Source: Octopus vulgaris (Eukaryota). Taken from it: a stretch of 64,000 bases of DNA. Shown piece by piece: positions 14,774 to 29,100 of this stretch. The DNA lies in assembly GCA_951406725.2 (NCBI GenBank), contig OX597819.1, forward strand, positions 18,104,001 through 18,168,000, written 5' to 3'. The notes beneath the pieces were generated by a model, which did not search any database, was not told where the DNA came from, and worked only from the letters and a program-made list of their open reading frames with translations. A program made the position numbers and the translations under genes. Each line of letters opens with the position of its first letter. Positions within the stretch are counted from its first letter, which is position 1.

Positions 14774-15887
14774 TTATAGAAAGAAAAACGTCCACCATTT
14801 CCACACTGTGTTGAGCCGTTTGCACCTAGAAATTGGCGTCAGTGTGCACATGCCATTCACAACGAATAGCTTGAATAATAATTCCATTTACCAAATAACT
14901 AAAACTTCATCATCGATAGCTTCGACAACTTCCCCATTTCTCAAAATCAAACTTAAGTACAGCATTAATCCACGACAAAACAACTTGACAAAATTCTTTT
15001 GTTTGCGTCCCCTTGACCTAATGGTTCGGATAAAATGGCGTTAACATAAATATCATACTTACAAATATGTACTTCATTCACTTTGACTAAATCCTTCAAT
15101 GCAGTGCCCCAGCGTGGTCTTAGACCAATGACTGAAACAAGATGAATGTAAAATACAAAAGATATGGTGGGACACGCAATTATTAAACGCCATGATAACT
15201 TTTGATTCAAAAGCTCCATTGCTGTAATTTCTTACTTTCCAGTAGGCTTCTAAACGATATAAGAAAAAACTGTGATGTTGATATGTCGATTATAAATACA
15301 TTAGAAATACATTTAACACGATAAATGGTGTCATTTAACTGGTGAATTGTTTGCATTTTTAAGTTTCAAAGAAGTTTTTTTGCGTCATTTTTCAAGACGG
15401 ATTGAAAGGCATTTTATGAAGAATTCGTAGCTTTTATTGCTTTTTTATTTCTGCGGAAGAGAAATAAAGTTTCCTTGAATACATTTCAACGCAGAATATG
15501 CTGCTGCGTTTAAAACCAAGGGAAACTAAGGATGCTATTCAAAGATGGGTAAAAACTACTTCGTGGAGGCAGTGTTTCTTGCTGAATCTTTGAAATAGAT
15601 AATATTCAAAACTATACAAAAGTAAATGAAGAAGATTATGCAATCACATGAAATACTTTGAAATGTTGGCAGCAAAACAACAATAACAACAACAACAATA
15701 ATAATAAAGTTTGGTAGAATGTAAGCAATTTTGAGAGGCGGCGTTAGTAAATACCAATGACCCAACTACTTGTCTGAAAATATATTTTGTCGACCACCGA
15801 GAGATTACAAAGTTAGGCTCTGGGAAAATCGAAAGCTGAATTTCAAAACTCCAGCTAAGCATTTGATCCGACGTACTGACGACTTTA

Positions 15888-16381
<494 letters not shown>

Positions 16382-17011
16382 GTTTCATATTGGCAGCACA
16401 AGGCCTATGCTTGCTCACAAAGAGCTACCAGGTTAACATTCTTCGAAACGGTTCTCACCCTAAATTCAGATTCTGCGATACCTTTGATATATTCTATCGA
16501 ATATCACTTATATTGTGTGTAGTAAAATTCTTCAATCTTTCTTGACTACACGATGTGTTTCGATGAAAATACAGGCTGCTGGTTCACCTTAAAAGACAAA
16601 CCTCAATATACAGTGAAAATGTCCAGTACACGTGTAGAGCTGAATCGCGCACCAATCGATGTCATCGACCTTTGTATTTGATTGGCAGTTTACCTTATCG
16701 ATCCCGTTATGGTGATTCTCATAATTTTCGGGAATATGAGCTATTTCAATAAAGAGCAATTTTTGGAACAAGCGTATGACGAACGGTTTCTGGTGGTGCG
16801 GCGTTTTATACTTAATCGTAACCAATGATCCGTTGATAACTGATATGATTAAAGTTTTTTAATGTTCAACAATTTCATGAAAGAAAGAACAGCAAAATAC
16901 CTAAATTTATGGCCACACAATCAGCGAAATAGAAAAAAAAACGGACCAAATATTTTATTAGAGGTACAAATGCTCTACCATAAATAGTGTAAACATCGTT
17001 GTATATATACA

Positions 17012-17211
17012 TTCTTTTACTCATTTACTTGTTTCAGTCCTTTGACTGTGGCCATGCTGGAGCACCGCCATTAGTCGAGCAAATCGACCCAAGGACTTAG
17101 TTTTGTAAGCCTATTCTATCGGTCTCTTTGCCGAACCGCTAAGTTACGGTGACGTAAACACACCAGCATCGGTTGTCAAGCGATGTTGGGGGGACAAACA
17201 CAGACACACAA

Positions 17212-17248
<37 letters not shown>

Positions 17249-17426
17249 CATAAACATATATATGACGGGCTTCTTTCAGTTTCCGTCTACCAAATCCACT
17301 CACAAGGCTTTGGTCGGTCAGAGGCTATAGCAGAAGACACTTGCCCAAGGTGCCACGCAATGGGACTGAACCCAGAATCATGTGGTTCGTAAGCAAGCTA
17401 CTTACCACACAGCCACTCCTGCGCCT
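17012..17426 (-). mobile_element. tRNA-derived SINE with CORE-like motif and internal microsatellite
   Basis: Minus-strand head AGGCGCAGGAGTGGCTGTGTGGTAAG...GGGTTCAGTCCC, then CCTTGGGCAAGTG; tail GGTGCTCCAGCATGGCCACAGTC...CTGAAACAAGTAAA; homologous to 44981-45445. Confidence 0.85.
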
Positions 17427-18776
17427 ATATATATATATATATATGAGAAGGCAACTATAGGATTCTTTTAAAATACACATAAAATTTGATATCTCGTAAA
17501 CTGATTATATAAACACGTGATTGCCTGAAAGACATAATTAAATACACTCCAAATAATTTTATAAAGAAGCATTTAACTTGGCCGAGTACTCCAAACATCT
17601 GACCGAATTTTACCCATAATCTTTAGTTTCGATAGGGCCTGAAGGAGTGCAGGAATGTTGGCTAAAATGCTATCTGCCAATAGATTATTACTATTGTGTA
17701 TTAGCTTCATCAATAGTTTGTATTGGACGCTTATTTGCTTATGGGCTAAAATCCTCTCAGTTCAGTTCCCTTTACACACAAATCGGCCGACATTGTGCCC
17801 GGTTTCATTTCTATGATCCTGCTAAATGTTACCCGGTTTTTGCAAATCAAAATTATACCATTTGTCTCTTTATTCATTCATTCATGTAAAAAAATAAAAG
17901 AAAAGAAAATCAGAAAGAAAAAAAATCCTCTGTGTCAGTTTATTGTTATGGACCCTACTTTGGCTAGATTTGTTTCATATTCGAAAACGGCTTCTTGCTA
18001 ATAATGTTAGAACAAGTACTACTGTTATCATTAATAGCGTTTACAATATTTCCCTTTGTGAAAATATGTATGAAAGTTGTGAATGTACTGTTTTGCCAAT
18101 TCGTTTGAAGGTGTACTTCGATATTAATGTATTGCGGAGAAAAAATTGGAAAATCATTATTCTCTTCTTATGAAGTGTTTACGTTTGGCTGTATTATTCA
18201 ATTTGCTGTCTTTCTCAATTTGCTTGATTTGTGTGTTGTTGCATTCAATTGACTGTTTCATGAAGCGTTGTCTCCTTACTTGTTAGTCGCCATATTAATT
18301 TCAATATAAACATTCGAAATTAATGTTTAAAATATTTGAAAATAACTAAACTTTTTTCTTATCTCTCCTAGGATGAAAAACATTTACAGAAACATACCAA
18401 AAGAGTGCTCTAAAAGATGTATAAAACATAAGTGTTTTCATCTTCAGTTACATATATTAATAAAATAAAAGTCTATGGATCGTTCATTTATATACACAAT
18501 AACAAGTATAAAAGTCTTATTATTAACGTATTTAGCCGTTGCGATTCGCGACATCATATTTTCACCTAATGCATTCAAAACCTCATATCTGTTCTCGAGT
18601 AATGATGCCTTTCACACAGGGGCACTAGTTACATGATAATCCCACTGCGCGCCTCTTCAATATGTTCCTGTACCTGTGATTTACTGGAAAATGTTTGTGG
18701 AGTAGAGAAAGGAATCTGTTACCTGTCAGACTATACAATAAGCAAAATTTGGGGCGAATCAAAATATTTTCCGAAT

Positions 18777-18778
18777 GT

Positions 18779-18810
<32 letters not shown>

Positions 18811-18859
18811 TTCTTCTTCTTCTTCTTCTTCTTCTTCTTCTTCTTCTTCTTCTTCTTCT

Positions 18860-18906
<47 letters not shown>

Positions 18907-18961
18907 TTCTTCTTCTTCTTCTTCTTCTTCTTCTTCTTCTTCTTCGTCTTCTTCTTCTTCT
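18777..18961. repeat. (CTT)n microsatellite
   Basis: Direct reading. Confidence 0.95.
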
Positions 18962-19270
18962 TTTTCGAGGGGTTATGTACCAATTCATGCTTAAAGCCAC
19001 TATTGGCTAGGGCATTTTTGTAGGTATTAGGGGGATCCCTTCTCGAAAATTTCTTTGCAGGAAGAGAGGTTAGATATTATGTTATGCTTAGCGGTTAGGC
19101 TGTTCGTGAGATCATGCTAAGATGTTTATTTCAATTCCTAGACCGGGTGGTGCATTGTGTTCTTGAGCAAAACATATCATTTGTGCCGGTCGTTCTGCAA
19201 ACAGCTGAACACTCAAACGTCCATCGCCTTCGGCGGGAGAATCCATCACACACACATTTGTGTGTACGTA

Positions 19271-19351
<81 letters not shown>

Positions 19352-19489
19352 ATGTATGTATGTATGTATGCATATATGTATGTATCTTTATACACTTCAT
19401 GCAACAACCAAGCATGTTGGAAATGCAACGCTTTAGTTGTGGAAGACAGTGGGAGACCTGCAACACGAAACGATACACTAATTATAATC

Positions 19490-19990
19490 GCTCAAGGACT
19501 AAGCATTAGAATCATGTTGATGGAAAGAAAAACAGATAAAAGACAAACAGACATAAAATACAGAATGAGTGGGAGAATGGACAATATTATTAAGCATTTA
19601 TACGCGAGCGTTGTAAGCTAGAACGAAAAGAGTATAAATGCAAGCATGAATATGCTGGTAAATTTGTATGTTCAGACGTTAGTAGAATCCGTAAATTAAC
19701 GTTGATAGCAGATTGGGATGGTCACTAATCCGATGCTGCCACATTTGATGATAATTACAAGATTTTATGGGATTTTTTGTTTGGTACTAATCTTAGTTAT
19801 GAAGGAAGTAGATACACTTTGTCTGAGATATTGGTTTTACAATCCACTACTATATTAGAGAGTATATCAAGATAACTGAGGAAGTCGAGAAATAACAGGA
19901 TGTAGTCAGAGAGCCAGAGAGATTGTGGAAAACAATAGAGAACATTGTCTCTACAGCAACTGGGGAAATCGACACAATACTGAAACTCAT
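19490..19990 (+). mobile_element. Highly decayed R4/Dong-like LINE 3' remnant
   Basis: Fragments DDNYKILWDF, ITEEVEK*QDV.RE..RLWK and a decayed zinc-knuckle region. Confidence 0.55.
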
Positions 19991-20008
19991 AGCTATAGAC
20001 AAACGCAT

Positions 20009-20560
20009 GTTAGTTAGTTAGTTAGTTAGTTAATTTGGCTCAAAAGCAAATAGCAAGGCCATGTAGGGGGACATGGAGTTAAGTACAGGGTGGTGTTCAT
20101 GTAAAGAGTTCAGGCCACTTGAGGTCCAGGGAGGCTTTGAACAAAGCGGTCGTCGGCATCTTCACCATCTCGTCTGGCAGCTTGTTCCACGGATCCGCAA
20201 CCCGGACGGAGAAAGCTCCTCTCCTTCGATTGAGATGAAATCGTCGCATGTAGAGCTTTTCGGAATGACCCCGCAGCCGACGCTCTGGAGCAGGAGTGAA
20301 GAACAGCTCTTTCGAGAGGTTACACTTTCCGCTTATGATGTTGTGGGCGAGAATGAGATCACCACGGCCGCGGCGTTTTTCAAGAGAATAAAGGTCGAGC
20401 GTCCTCAGCCTTTCTTCGTAGGACAAATTTTTGAGACCATGATCCATGCGGGTAGCCAGCTTCTGGACTCTTTCGAGATGCTGTATGTGTTTCAGGAGAT
20501 AAGGAGAAGAGGCTTGAATCCCAATGGAATTGAGGTGGCATCAGGTGTTGTACGTGAAGC
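20009..20560 (-). mobile_element. 5'-truncated CR1/L2-group LINE 3' end
   Basis: ORF 20097-20447 (LSYEERLRTLDLYSLEKRRGRGDLI...RGHSEKL...FSVRVADPWNKLP) is a typical CR1-group ORF2 C-terminus; upstream LERVQKLATR; (AACT)n tail at ~20009-20033. Confidence 0.88.
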
Positions 20561-20905
20561 CTATGAACATACGAGATTTGACCAGATGTTGATCCATCTC
20601 TGCTAATTATAAGAGCATGTAAATAGCTTTTGTATAGTAATACTCTACAGTTTATCAGGCAGAGAAGTCATAAATACAACAAAAAGATTATAATACATGT
20701 GTCCATATATGCATTCATATAGATACATACATGCATGCATGTATGCATACATACATGCATGCATGTATGCATACATACACATATATATTTTGATTTTTAT
20801 TATATTTGCAAGATTCTTTATATGAATTCGTGTGTTGAAACATATTATATAGTCTGGGGAGACTCATTATCTTTTAGTGGTTTACACACACTTACATACA
20901 GTGCA

Positions 20906-20941
<36 letters not shown>

Positions 20942-21696
20942 TATGTGTATGCACATACATACAGACACACACACACATGCGCCCAAACAAACAAAAAGAA
21001 CGCGGTTCTGATAACGGACAGAGCCAACGACTATGGAAAAGGTTGCAAGACAACGAAAATTTTAGAAAAATAACTAAGTAAATGAGTGGAAATCGAACCT
21101 GTGAGTGTGTTAAATAACAAAGCACTGAAGGAGAATGAATCTCACCAGACACGACAAAAAACTCCTTCCCAAAATTTCATCCAGAGATTCTTTACTTTTT
21201 TTTTCCTGAACGCTACAGACGAGCTTCAATATTTGATCTGTTGTTTTACTGTGTGTCTGAGGCTGTTCACTCTATGTCTGCTGTTTTGCCTTTCTTTTGA
21301 ATTAATGTTTCCACCATCACTGAGTTTCCGTTACTTAACTATATGTTATGTGTGTATACTTCACTCAGTGGGGTTTTTTTTTTTAAATAGACATATTTAT
21401 TTGGGAATAAATGGAAATAGCTTTGTAAATGTTGTTGGGTCTGCAGCTACCGCCAAAATGGCGAGCATCATATTGTGCTAATTACAACATTGCAGAGACA
21501 TATGCTGTTAGGAACCAATTTTGAGACAATTTTCTCAAAGTTACATTATGTAACGGAGCTTTGGATATTCTGTAGCATTTTGTGAGTAAAAAAGAGATTT
21601 TGTTTTTATTTCTAAAGAAATCGGGTTACAATTTTTTTCTTTTTCTGCTCCGAACTCTGACATATTCTTTCCCTCACTTGAATACTCACATGTAAA

Positions 21697-21785
<89 letters not shown>

Positions 21786-22096
21786 ATTTTTTGTTTGCAA
21801 CGACGACTCGCAAACATATTAAAATACTCAAAAATGAAACAGATGGATGGAAAAGAACGTTACAGAAATGTTAGACTAATATTATTATCTGAATTCAATG
21901 ACAGAAATAAAATTATAGATGGATATACGCTAACCAATCCTATATTAATTTACAGCTCCAATATTATACATAGTAAGCTTGAAAGTGGGGAAATTAAATA
22001 ACTTAGAACAAAAAACAAACAAACAAACAAACAAGCTAGCTAGCAACGTGCCGAAGCCAACATATAAGGGTTAATATAAGATATAGTAACTCTGAA

Positions 22097-22148
22097 TAGA
22101 TAGATGGATAGGTAGATAGATAGATTGGTAGATAGGTAGATAGATAGG

Positions 22149-22195
<47 letters not shown>

Positions 22196-22272
22196 ACAGA
22201 TAGACAGATAGATAGATAGATAGGTAGATAGATAGATAGATAAATAGATAGATAGATAGATAGATAGATAGG

Positions 22273-22339
<67 letters not shown>

Positions 22340-22340
22340 G

Positions 22341-22406
<66 letters not shown>

Positions 22407-22486
22407 CAGATGTATAGATTCATACATATATATCAAATCAATATCTAATAAAACTACTCTGCACATACAAGAACAGCAATACCACC

Positions 22487-22556
<70 letters not shown>
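22097..22556. repeat. (GATA)n microsatellites
   Basis: Direct reading. Confidence 0.95.
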
Positions 22557-23048
22557 TAATAAATAGAAAGAGAGGGAGAGAGAGAGAGAGAAAAGAAGGG
22601 AAGAGAGAAAGTTTTAGTAATAGAAAACTGTTACAAAATAACGAGAGTAAGACTAGAAAACTACTTTGAATCCTGCGAAGGTAAGTTCATTAAGATAACT
22701 AGAAAAATGCTCTACTCTGCGTATATTGTAAAACTTTGTATACGCAGGTTAGGAAGTGATCTCAAATAACAGATAAGAGATTATTGCAAAATAACAGAAA
22801 AGTGACAAGAAGCTAGATTTGGGTTTTCCAAAGAGATTGGTGCAATATGGGAGGTTAATTACCACCTAATGGGTGACAGGACAGGTGTATAACGGCGAAT
22901 TAGCTATCACCGGATTAAAAGTGTTTTGATAAAATGAGAAAGAGAAGATATATTACGTGCGATAAAATAAAATAACTTATTCAAAGAAGATTGCTAAGAG
23001 CAACTGCAAGTTCCGCAATCAGTAGAATAAGACAAGTAACGACAACAC

Positions 23049-23087
<39 letters not shown>

Positions 23088-23967
23088 GAAATATGTTACG
23101 AAAAGAAAATATAAAATACACGTGGAAATGTAAGGGTAAAATATGAAAAATCAACGAAAATGCACATTGCAAATATTAAAAAGCTATTTATGACAGGTAG
23201 TGACAAATATATACATTTAGATTGACTGAGGTAGTAATACGAGTCATAAAGGTCATTATTATGAGATGATTATAAGATGATAATAAAGTAAGAGAACAAA
23301 ACGAACCAGTGGTTTACGCGAAGGCTATTCATCGTTTTGAATATATATACATATACATATATATATCGGCGTCGTTTGATGCTTCGAAACAGATTAGATA
23401 TGTTGTATCGAATGCGCTGAGGATGCTTGATTAGTGGTAAGAAATGCCCAGCTCCATCCGAAGAGCAGAGGCCATGATAGTAACGGTGGAAAACAGAGAG
23501 AACTAGAGAAATAAGAGCAAGAGAACAAACGCAACCATATAGATATCTAAGATCAGAAAAGTAGTCAGCTCAATCACAGAAAGAGGATAAGTTTATCAAG
23601 GAATAACTTGGATATAGCAGATTAATATTTCAAACCCATATCCATATGGGGAATATAGTTATAGGTTTTAAGCCTTTCGCTATCCAAGCCACAATTCGCA
23701 GCGACTATTGGCCATTCCTGACGCGTTTGCTATATTTTGTTTAAAACTGCGATAGAATTGGATATGACACAACATTACGCGTGTAAATTACTTAATCTTA
23801 ATTAAGTATAATCAACATTTTTAAACATCTGTCATTTTATAGAATACGCTCGAAGAGTGAAGAGAATAATTTCATGTAGGATGTATCGAAATCTCTAACT
23901 TTGTTCTATAGTACTTCAATATCATAAATAATTGATCTTCCTAACACCTTAGGAATATACAAGATAT

Positions 23968-24117
23968 TACATTATTTACATTATTTATATTTGACGAATA
24001 TTTGTCTTCATCTTATTTGTTGTTAACACAACGTTCCGGCTGATATATCGTCCAGCCTTCATCAGGTATCTTGGGGAAATTTCGAACCTGGGTTCTCATT
24101 CCTGAGGTATTTTTCTA

Positions 24118-24174
<57 letters not shown>

Positions 24175-24259
24175 TATTATTATTCAGGTCGCTGCCTGGA
24201 ATCGAACTCGGAATCTTGGGGTTAAGTAGCCCGCGCTGTTAACCACTACGCCATATGCC
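23968..24259 (-). mobile_element. tRNA-derived SINE with internal (AAT)n and hammerhead-like 3' region
   Basis: Head GGCATATGGCGTAGTGGTTAACAGC...GAGTTCGATTCC (A/B boxes). 3' part GATAC CTGATGA A GGCTG..CAGCC GGAA CGTT GTGTT. Short (AATGTAAAT)-like tail. Confidence 0.8.
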
Positions 24260-24999
24260 AGTGAAATTTTGGAAAATTTGTATCTACTAATTTAAAAATA
24301 AATCTCAGCAACTGTAGCTGTATGGAAAGATTTGAAGAATGGCAGCTTGTTGCTGAGAAATTTTCAATAAAAACGACAATCTTCCTCCTTGGTCCCTCGT
24401 TTCTTTTCCATATGTTTGATTGTATGTATACTCGGTCGTTTACGACCTCCCAGCGCATTTGCTTAAAAGTAATTAATTTCTCCCATGAAGTGTTTGTAGA
24501 ATGTTATAAAATTATTTTATAAGTGCACTGTAGCCATATTTTTCTTAGCTGCGTATTAAGTGGGTCGACAGGCAGAAAAAGAAGGAATGTTATAACTGTA
24601 TTTATGATATACGAAAGAAAATGTGATAGAGAAATTATATATTCACCTAGGTTTTAGGTAATTGGGGATCTTACGGAATCAGAAAATAATTATATTTTTT
24701 ACATTTTACGATACTGAACATCGAATAGTAGAAGAAGATACGAAGAAAATAGCAAAACGAATATAAAAACAGCGTCTGAAGTCACAGCCGAGTGAGAGTG
24801 TTAATAGCCGAAAGCTAAGGTCAAAATATTACAGAATCCTTGGTAAAGTAGTAGCAAAGGAAATTTCCTACTTGGAAGATTGGTGAAAAGTGAAAATAAC
24901 AAAAATATATTAAGCAAGGTGAAACTAAACAAAGACAATGAAAATACTGGTTGAAACACGTAAGATTCAAAGTTGCGACTGAATGAGTTATAATTTGGC

Positions 25000-25500
25000 T
25001 GAAAATCAACTCCTACGCATCAGAAACAAGCAGATGAACAGCATGGAATGAAGCCGTACGGATTATGCAATTTCAAAATTTATGATGAAAGAGCGAGCGA
25101 GAAAGAAAGAAGAAAGCATTAGATGTATTGTCTCTGCCCAGTTTTAGCCAAGAAAGAATGCCTCTGCAGACATTACAGAGTTGTTCAGGCTTTCATACAA
25201 TGGCAATTATGCCAGAAATAAGAAATGCCGCCTCGTTAGATGTTCTATAATGATGCATTAGAAAAGATTTTATAGAATGACAAAATGAACAAGCTCTAGG
25301 TAACATTACTTCGCAGAGACAGAAATGATCAAAGTTATCGTTCCCAAATGCTCCCTGGATGAAAAGTACCTCTTGAAAATATGCGATAATATATCTGTCA
25401 AAATAATGGAAAAATTATGAACATATGCTGCTCTAGAAAAAAAGTCAACCCGGACGAAGGTCCTGAAAACTGAATTAATCTTAAAGTAATTAAAAAATGA
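25000..25500 (+). mobile_element. Decayed R4/Dong-like LINE remnant
   Basis: CPVLAKKECLCRHYRVV..IQWQLCQK, LEKIL*NDK: the region after the zinc knuckle of an RLE-type LINE. Confidence 0.6.
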
Positions 25501-25691
25501 TGCGGAACATAAATAAGTTACAATCTTGACAGCTTAGAGCTGAGTATAATACGCAACTCGTACACCATGCAAATATCCAACACGCACTGCGCTGTCTATA
25601 GAAGCGCAACGAAGTCACTTTACGCTGGATGATAATCACAGCAACAGCAACGACAACGGTAATAATAACAGCAACAATAATAATAATAATG

Positions 25692-25722
<31 letters not shown>

Positions 25723-25910
25723 TAATAACAATAACAATAATAATAACAATAATAATAATAATAAAAATAGTAATAATAATAATAAGAACAACAACAATGA
25801 TAATAATAATAATAATAACAATAATAATAAAAATAGTAATAATAATAATAATAATAACAACAATGATAATAATAATAATAATAATAACAATAATAACTGC
25901 TCTCTCACTC

Positions 25911-25945
<35 letters not shown>

Positions 25946-25965
25946 TAGTAATAATAATGATAATA

Positions 25966-26000
<35 letters not shown>

Positions 26001-26013
26001 AATAATAATTATA

Positions 26014-26056
<43 letters not shown>

Positions 26057-26060
26057 TATC

Positions 26061-26132
<72 letters not shown>

Positions 26133-26135
<3 letters not shown>

Positions 26136-26692
26136 GCCCTGATGCAGTACCAGGCAGTGGCTCTCATGGCTTCTGATCTTAACAACTGATTGGAAGTGTT
26201 ATCATGTACATTGTTTTGTCTTGGTATAAAAGATGGGCTACAGCAAATATTCTGCTCAATACCACAGATTTGCTTGTCAGTTGTTTGACCTTAACCAGTT
26301 GAGCATGTCCCTTAGTGGCTGACGATATGTGCATCTCTGATCACGAGCAGAAGTAGTGGGGGAGCATCATAGACATGTGTTGAGAGGGATTCTTTGGGGT
26401 TTGAATAGTTCACCTCTGGAAACATGGGTTGTTCTTTCAACATCCTTAAACAACCCTTATTCAGGGACCGTTTGAGCGGGATGGGCTACTCAACCTGAAG
26501 AAAATTCTAACTGGGCCCCACCTGCAAGGTCATGTGCTGTTTATCTTGATATGAGATCACCATGTCGCGCACATATGGTTGTGATGCATGTGCCTGGTGT
26601 ACCTTTATCAGACGGGTAGTCATGATGGGTATATTAGGCTTCGTATATTTTACCCCAGTGTCACTTTGATGGCATGAACTGCTCTCTCACTC
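26133..26692 (+). mobile_element. ~560-bp non-coding element embedded in (TAA)n, probably a retroposon 3' end
   Basis: GC-richer block with (TAA)n on both sides; its last 16 nt recur alone at 25895-25910 inside the same tract. Confidence 0.65.
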
Positions 26693-26727
<35 letters not shown>

Positions 26728-26899
26728 GATGATGAAGAAGAAGAATAGAATAGGTTGATTTAAAGCTTGTATCATCTTCAAAGGAAAAAGTAGGCCCCGA
26801 AACAAACTGTAAAAGAGAAAATGTAGAAAAATAGTTTTAATCTAAAATAAAGATAAAACAATCAATGAACTACGAAAATATATCAACACTAGAAAAAAA

Positions 26900-29100
26900 C
26901 CATGAGAAATCAGGAAGAAGGAGAAATATCTTGAATTAGGCCGTAGATATCGTATGAAGAAATGGGGCTAAATGTAGTCCTTGAGGAGCAGAAAGAAAGA
27001 CTGCAGGCCAAAGTGACAAAGATCAGCAGTTGAATGGAAAGGTTAACAGCAGTGAGAGACTGCTCGCTGAAGAAGGTAGGAGGAGGTTTTGGTGAAACAT
27101 TTGGGATAATGGAAGAAAGCAAAATGGAGATGCTGAATAGTTGATTTAATTAAGATCGGAGAAATGTGAAGTGAAACAGAACAATATGAGTGTAACAACT
27201 GAAATGGTGACCAAGCAGACAAAAAAAGTCCTAAACTAGATGTTTCGAGGCCTGGATGCGGTACAAGGGTATTCGCTGAAGAATTACTTAGCAATTCATG
27301 AAAAGATGCCTGTGCAAATGGATAAAATGATCAACAACAAGGTGAAAATCCCAAAGTGGGTGACCAGAGGTAAAACGGTTCTTTGCCAAAAGGAACCCAG
27401 AAATAATACTTAATTGCGTGTGTAACTACCTGAAAATAAACGATAAATTACCAGAAGAAAATAAGGGATGCAGGAAGAAATGCTGAGAGACAAAAGATCA
27501 ACTTCTGATAGATAGAATGGTGCTGAGCAACTGCAAGAAAGGTCATACCAATTTGGACAGAGTGTGAATCGATTAAAAGAGAGCTTCTGACGTGAACCCA
27601 TATTCCTGGATTTTAAAAATGTCTTCAATTGTTACAAATGTCTGATAACTGTTTCAATTTTATCAGGAGATAAATGAAGACCTGGAATACAAAGTTAACA
27701 CCATGTGGAAATTTTTGGCTTACTTCAGACATACTTCAAGGAGATTGTTTTTCACCATTGTTGTTTGTGCTTTGTATGTTACTCCTCACACCGATACTGT
27801 GGAAAGTGATATCGGGATACACCTTGAAAAACGTAGAAAAGTTGAGTCACCTGTTACATAAGGACGACTCGCAGATTTACGATAAGTTTGAACGTGAACT
27901 TTCAACAGTACAGATTTTTGAGATTAACAAGCGTGGGATTAACAAGTGTGGTATGATTATCATAAAAAAAGTTCAAGTAGCGTCATCTGATGTTGTTGAA
28001 CGATGTTGAGATCGATGGTATAAGTAAGTAGATATTTTGGAGTGCGACAACATCAAGGAGAGTGAGATGAAGGAAAGTTGTATGAGAGAATATCTCAGAA
28101 GATCCAATTTCATTTACGGAGAGTAGATTCAATGGAAAGAACAAGATGAGGGCAATGAATACATAGTCTAACTCCTTAATGAGATACAGTACGGTTGTTG
28201 AGAGGTGGACAAAGAACGGACTTAAGGAAAATGATATAAGAACCAGGAAGTGATGACAAGGAACTGAACACTAAAAGCGATGTCGATAGACTTTATGTAC
28301 CTAAACACAAGGGAGAGGGAAGATCTGAGTTGTCACTGAGAAAAGAGTTTGGAATGGTATGTCAAACAGCAGATTGAGCCATTGTTTCTGCAGTTAGTAA
28401 AAGCATCTCGATACCCAGTGGAAATGTGGCGCACCCCAAACACACTTAAGAAACAAGCTGAAGAACGAATGTTAAACAACTGAAAAATGAAAACGATTCA
28501 TAGGTAATATCTCAGGAAAATGGGAAGAAAAGACCACCAACACCTGGAAATGGCTACGGAAAAATGATGAGGCATTGATATGCAGAGGCATTGATATGCA
28601 GAGGCATTGATATGCAGAGCACTCGAGCAAGCTGTAAGGATAAGTTCCAAACAGATAAGAACAGTGAGTCATCCCTTTGTAGGATGTGTGGCTGCAAAAA
28701 CGAAAGACTCCTACATAATGTGAGTGTGTGTAGTAAACCGGCTCAAAAGGAATGTAAAAGGGAGCATGATAACGTAGCTAAGCTTGTTCACTGGAGATTG
28801 TGTGAGAATTACGGTCTTGAAAGAAAGCAGAAAAGATGTGAACATAAAACAGAAGGCGTCAGCGAGAATAATAAATGGGTGACACATTGATTGATGCTCG
28901 GAAACAGGACGTTGAGGTAGTGTATAAAAGGAAGAAGGGAACCAAGTTTATCGACAGTGCTATACGTGGGGATGCACGAGCGGGTGACGAAGAGATAGAA
29001 TGCATTGAAAGTACAAGCTGCTAAACGAATGTGGGTATTGAAGGGGTACTGTCATCGCAGTATTTGTAGAGGCACTGGGGGCATCAATATCGCGGGGAGC
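26900..29100 (+). pseudogene. Decayed R4/Dong-clade non-LTR retrotransposon ORF (RT, CCHC knuckle, RLE)
   Basis: WVTRGKTVLCQK, ILQGDCFSPLLFVLCM, LSHLLHKDD (RT motifs); CRMCGCKNERLLHNVSVC..AQKECKREHDNVAKLVHW (zinc knuckle); many stops and frameshifts. Confidence 0.85.

Noticed and set aside
16589-16850. 78-aa ORF with ordinary composition, possibly an exon or transposase fragment
   Set aside because: No recognisable family motif on either strand; cannot be supported without a homology search.
22600-23480. Possible + strand Penelope remnant with CTGAGGA...GAAA motif at ~23427-23452
   Set aside because: GIY-YIG resemblance is weak and the ribozyme stems do not pair convincingly.
28569-28616. 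3 x 16-bp tandem GAGGCATTGATATGCA
   Set aside because: Local slippage inside a dead LINE; no spacers, not CRISPR.
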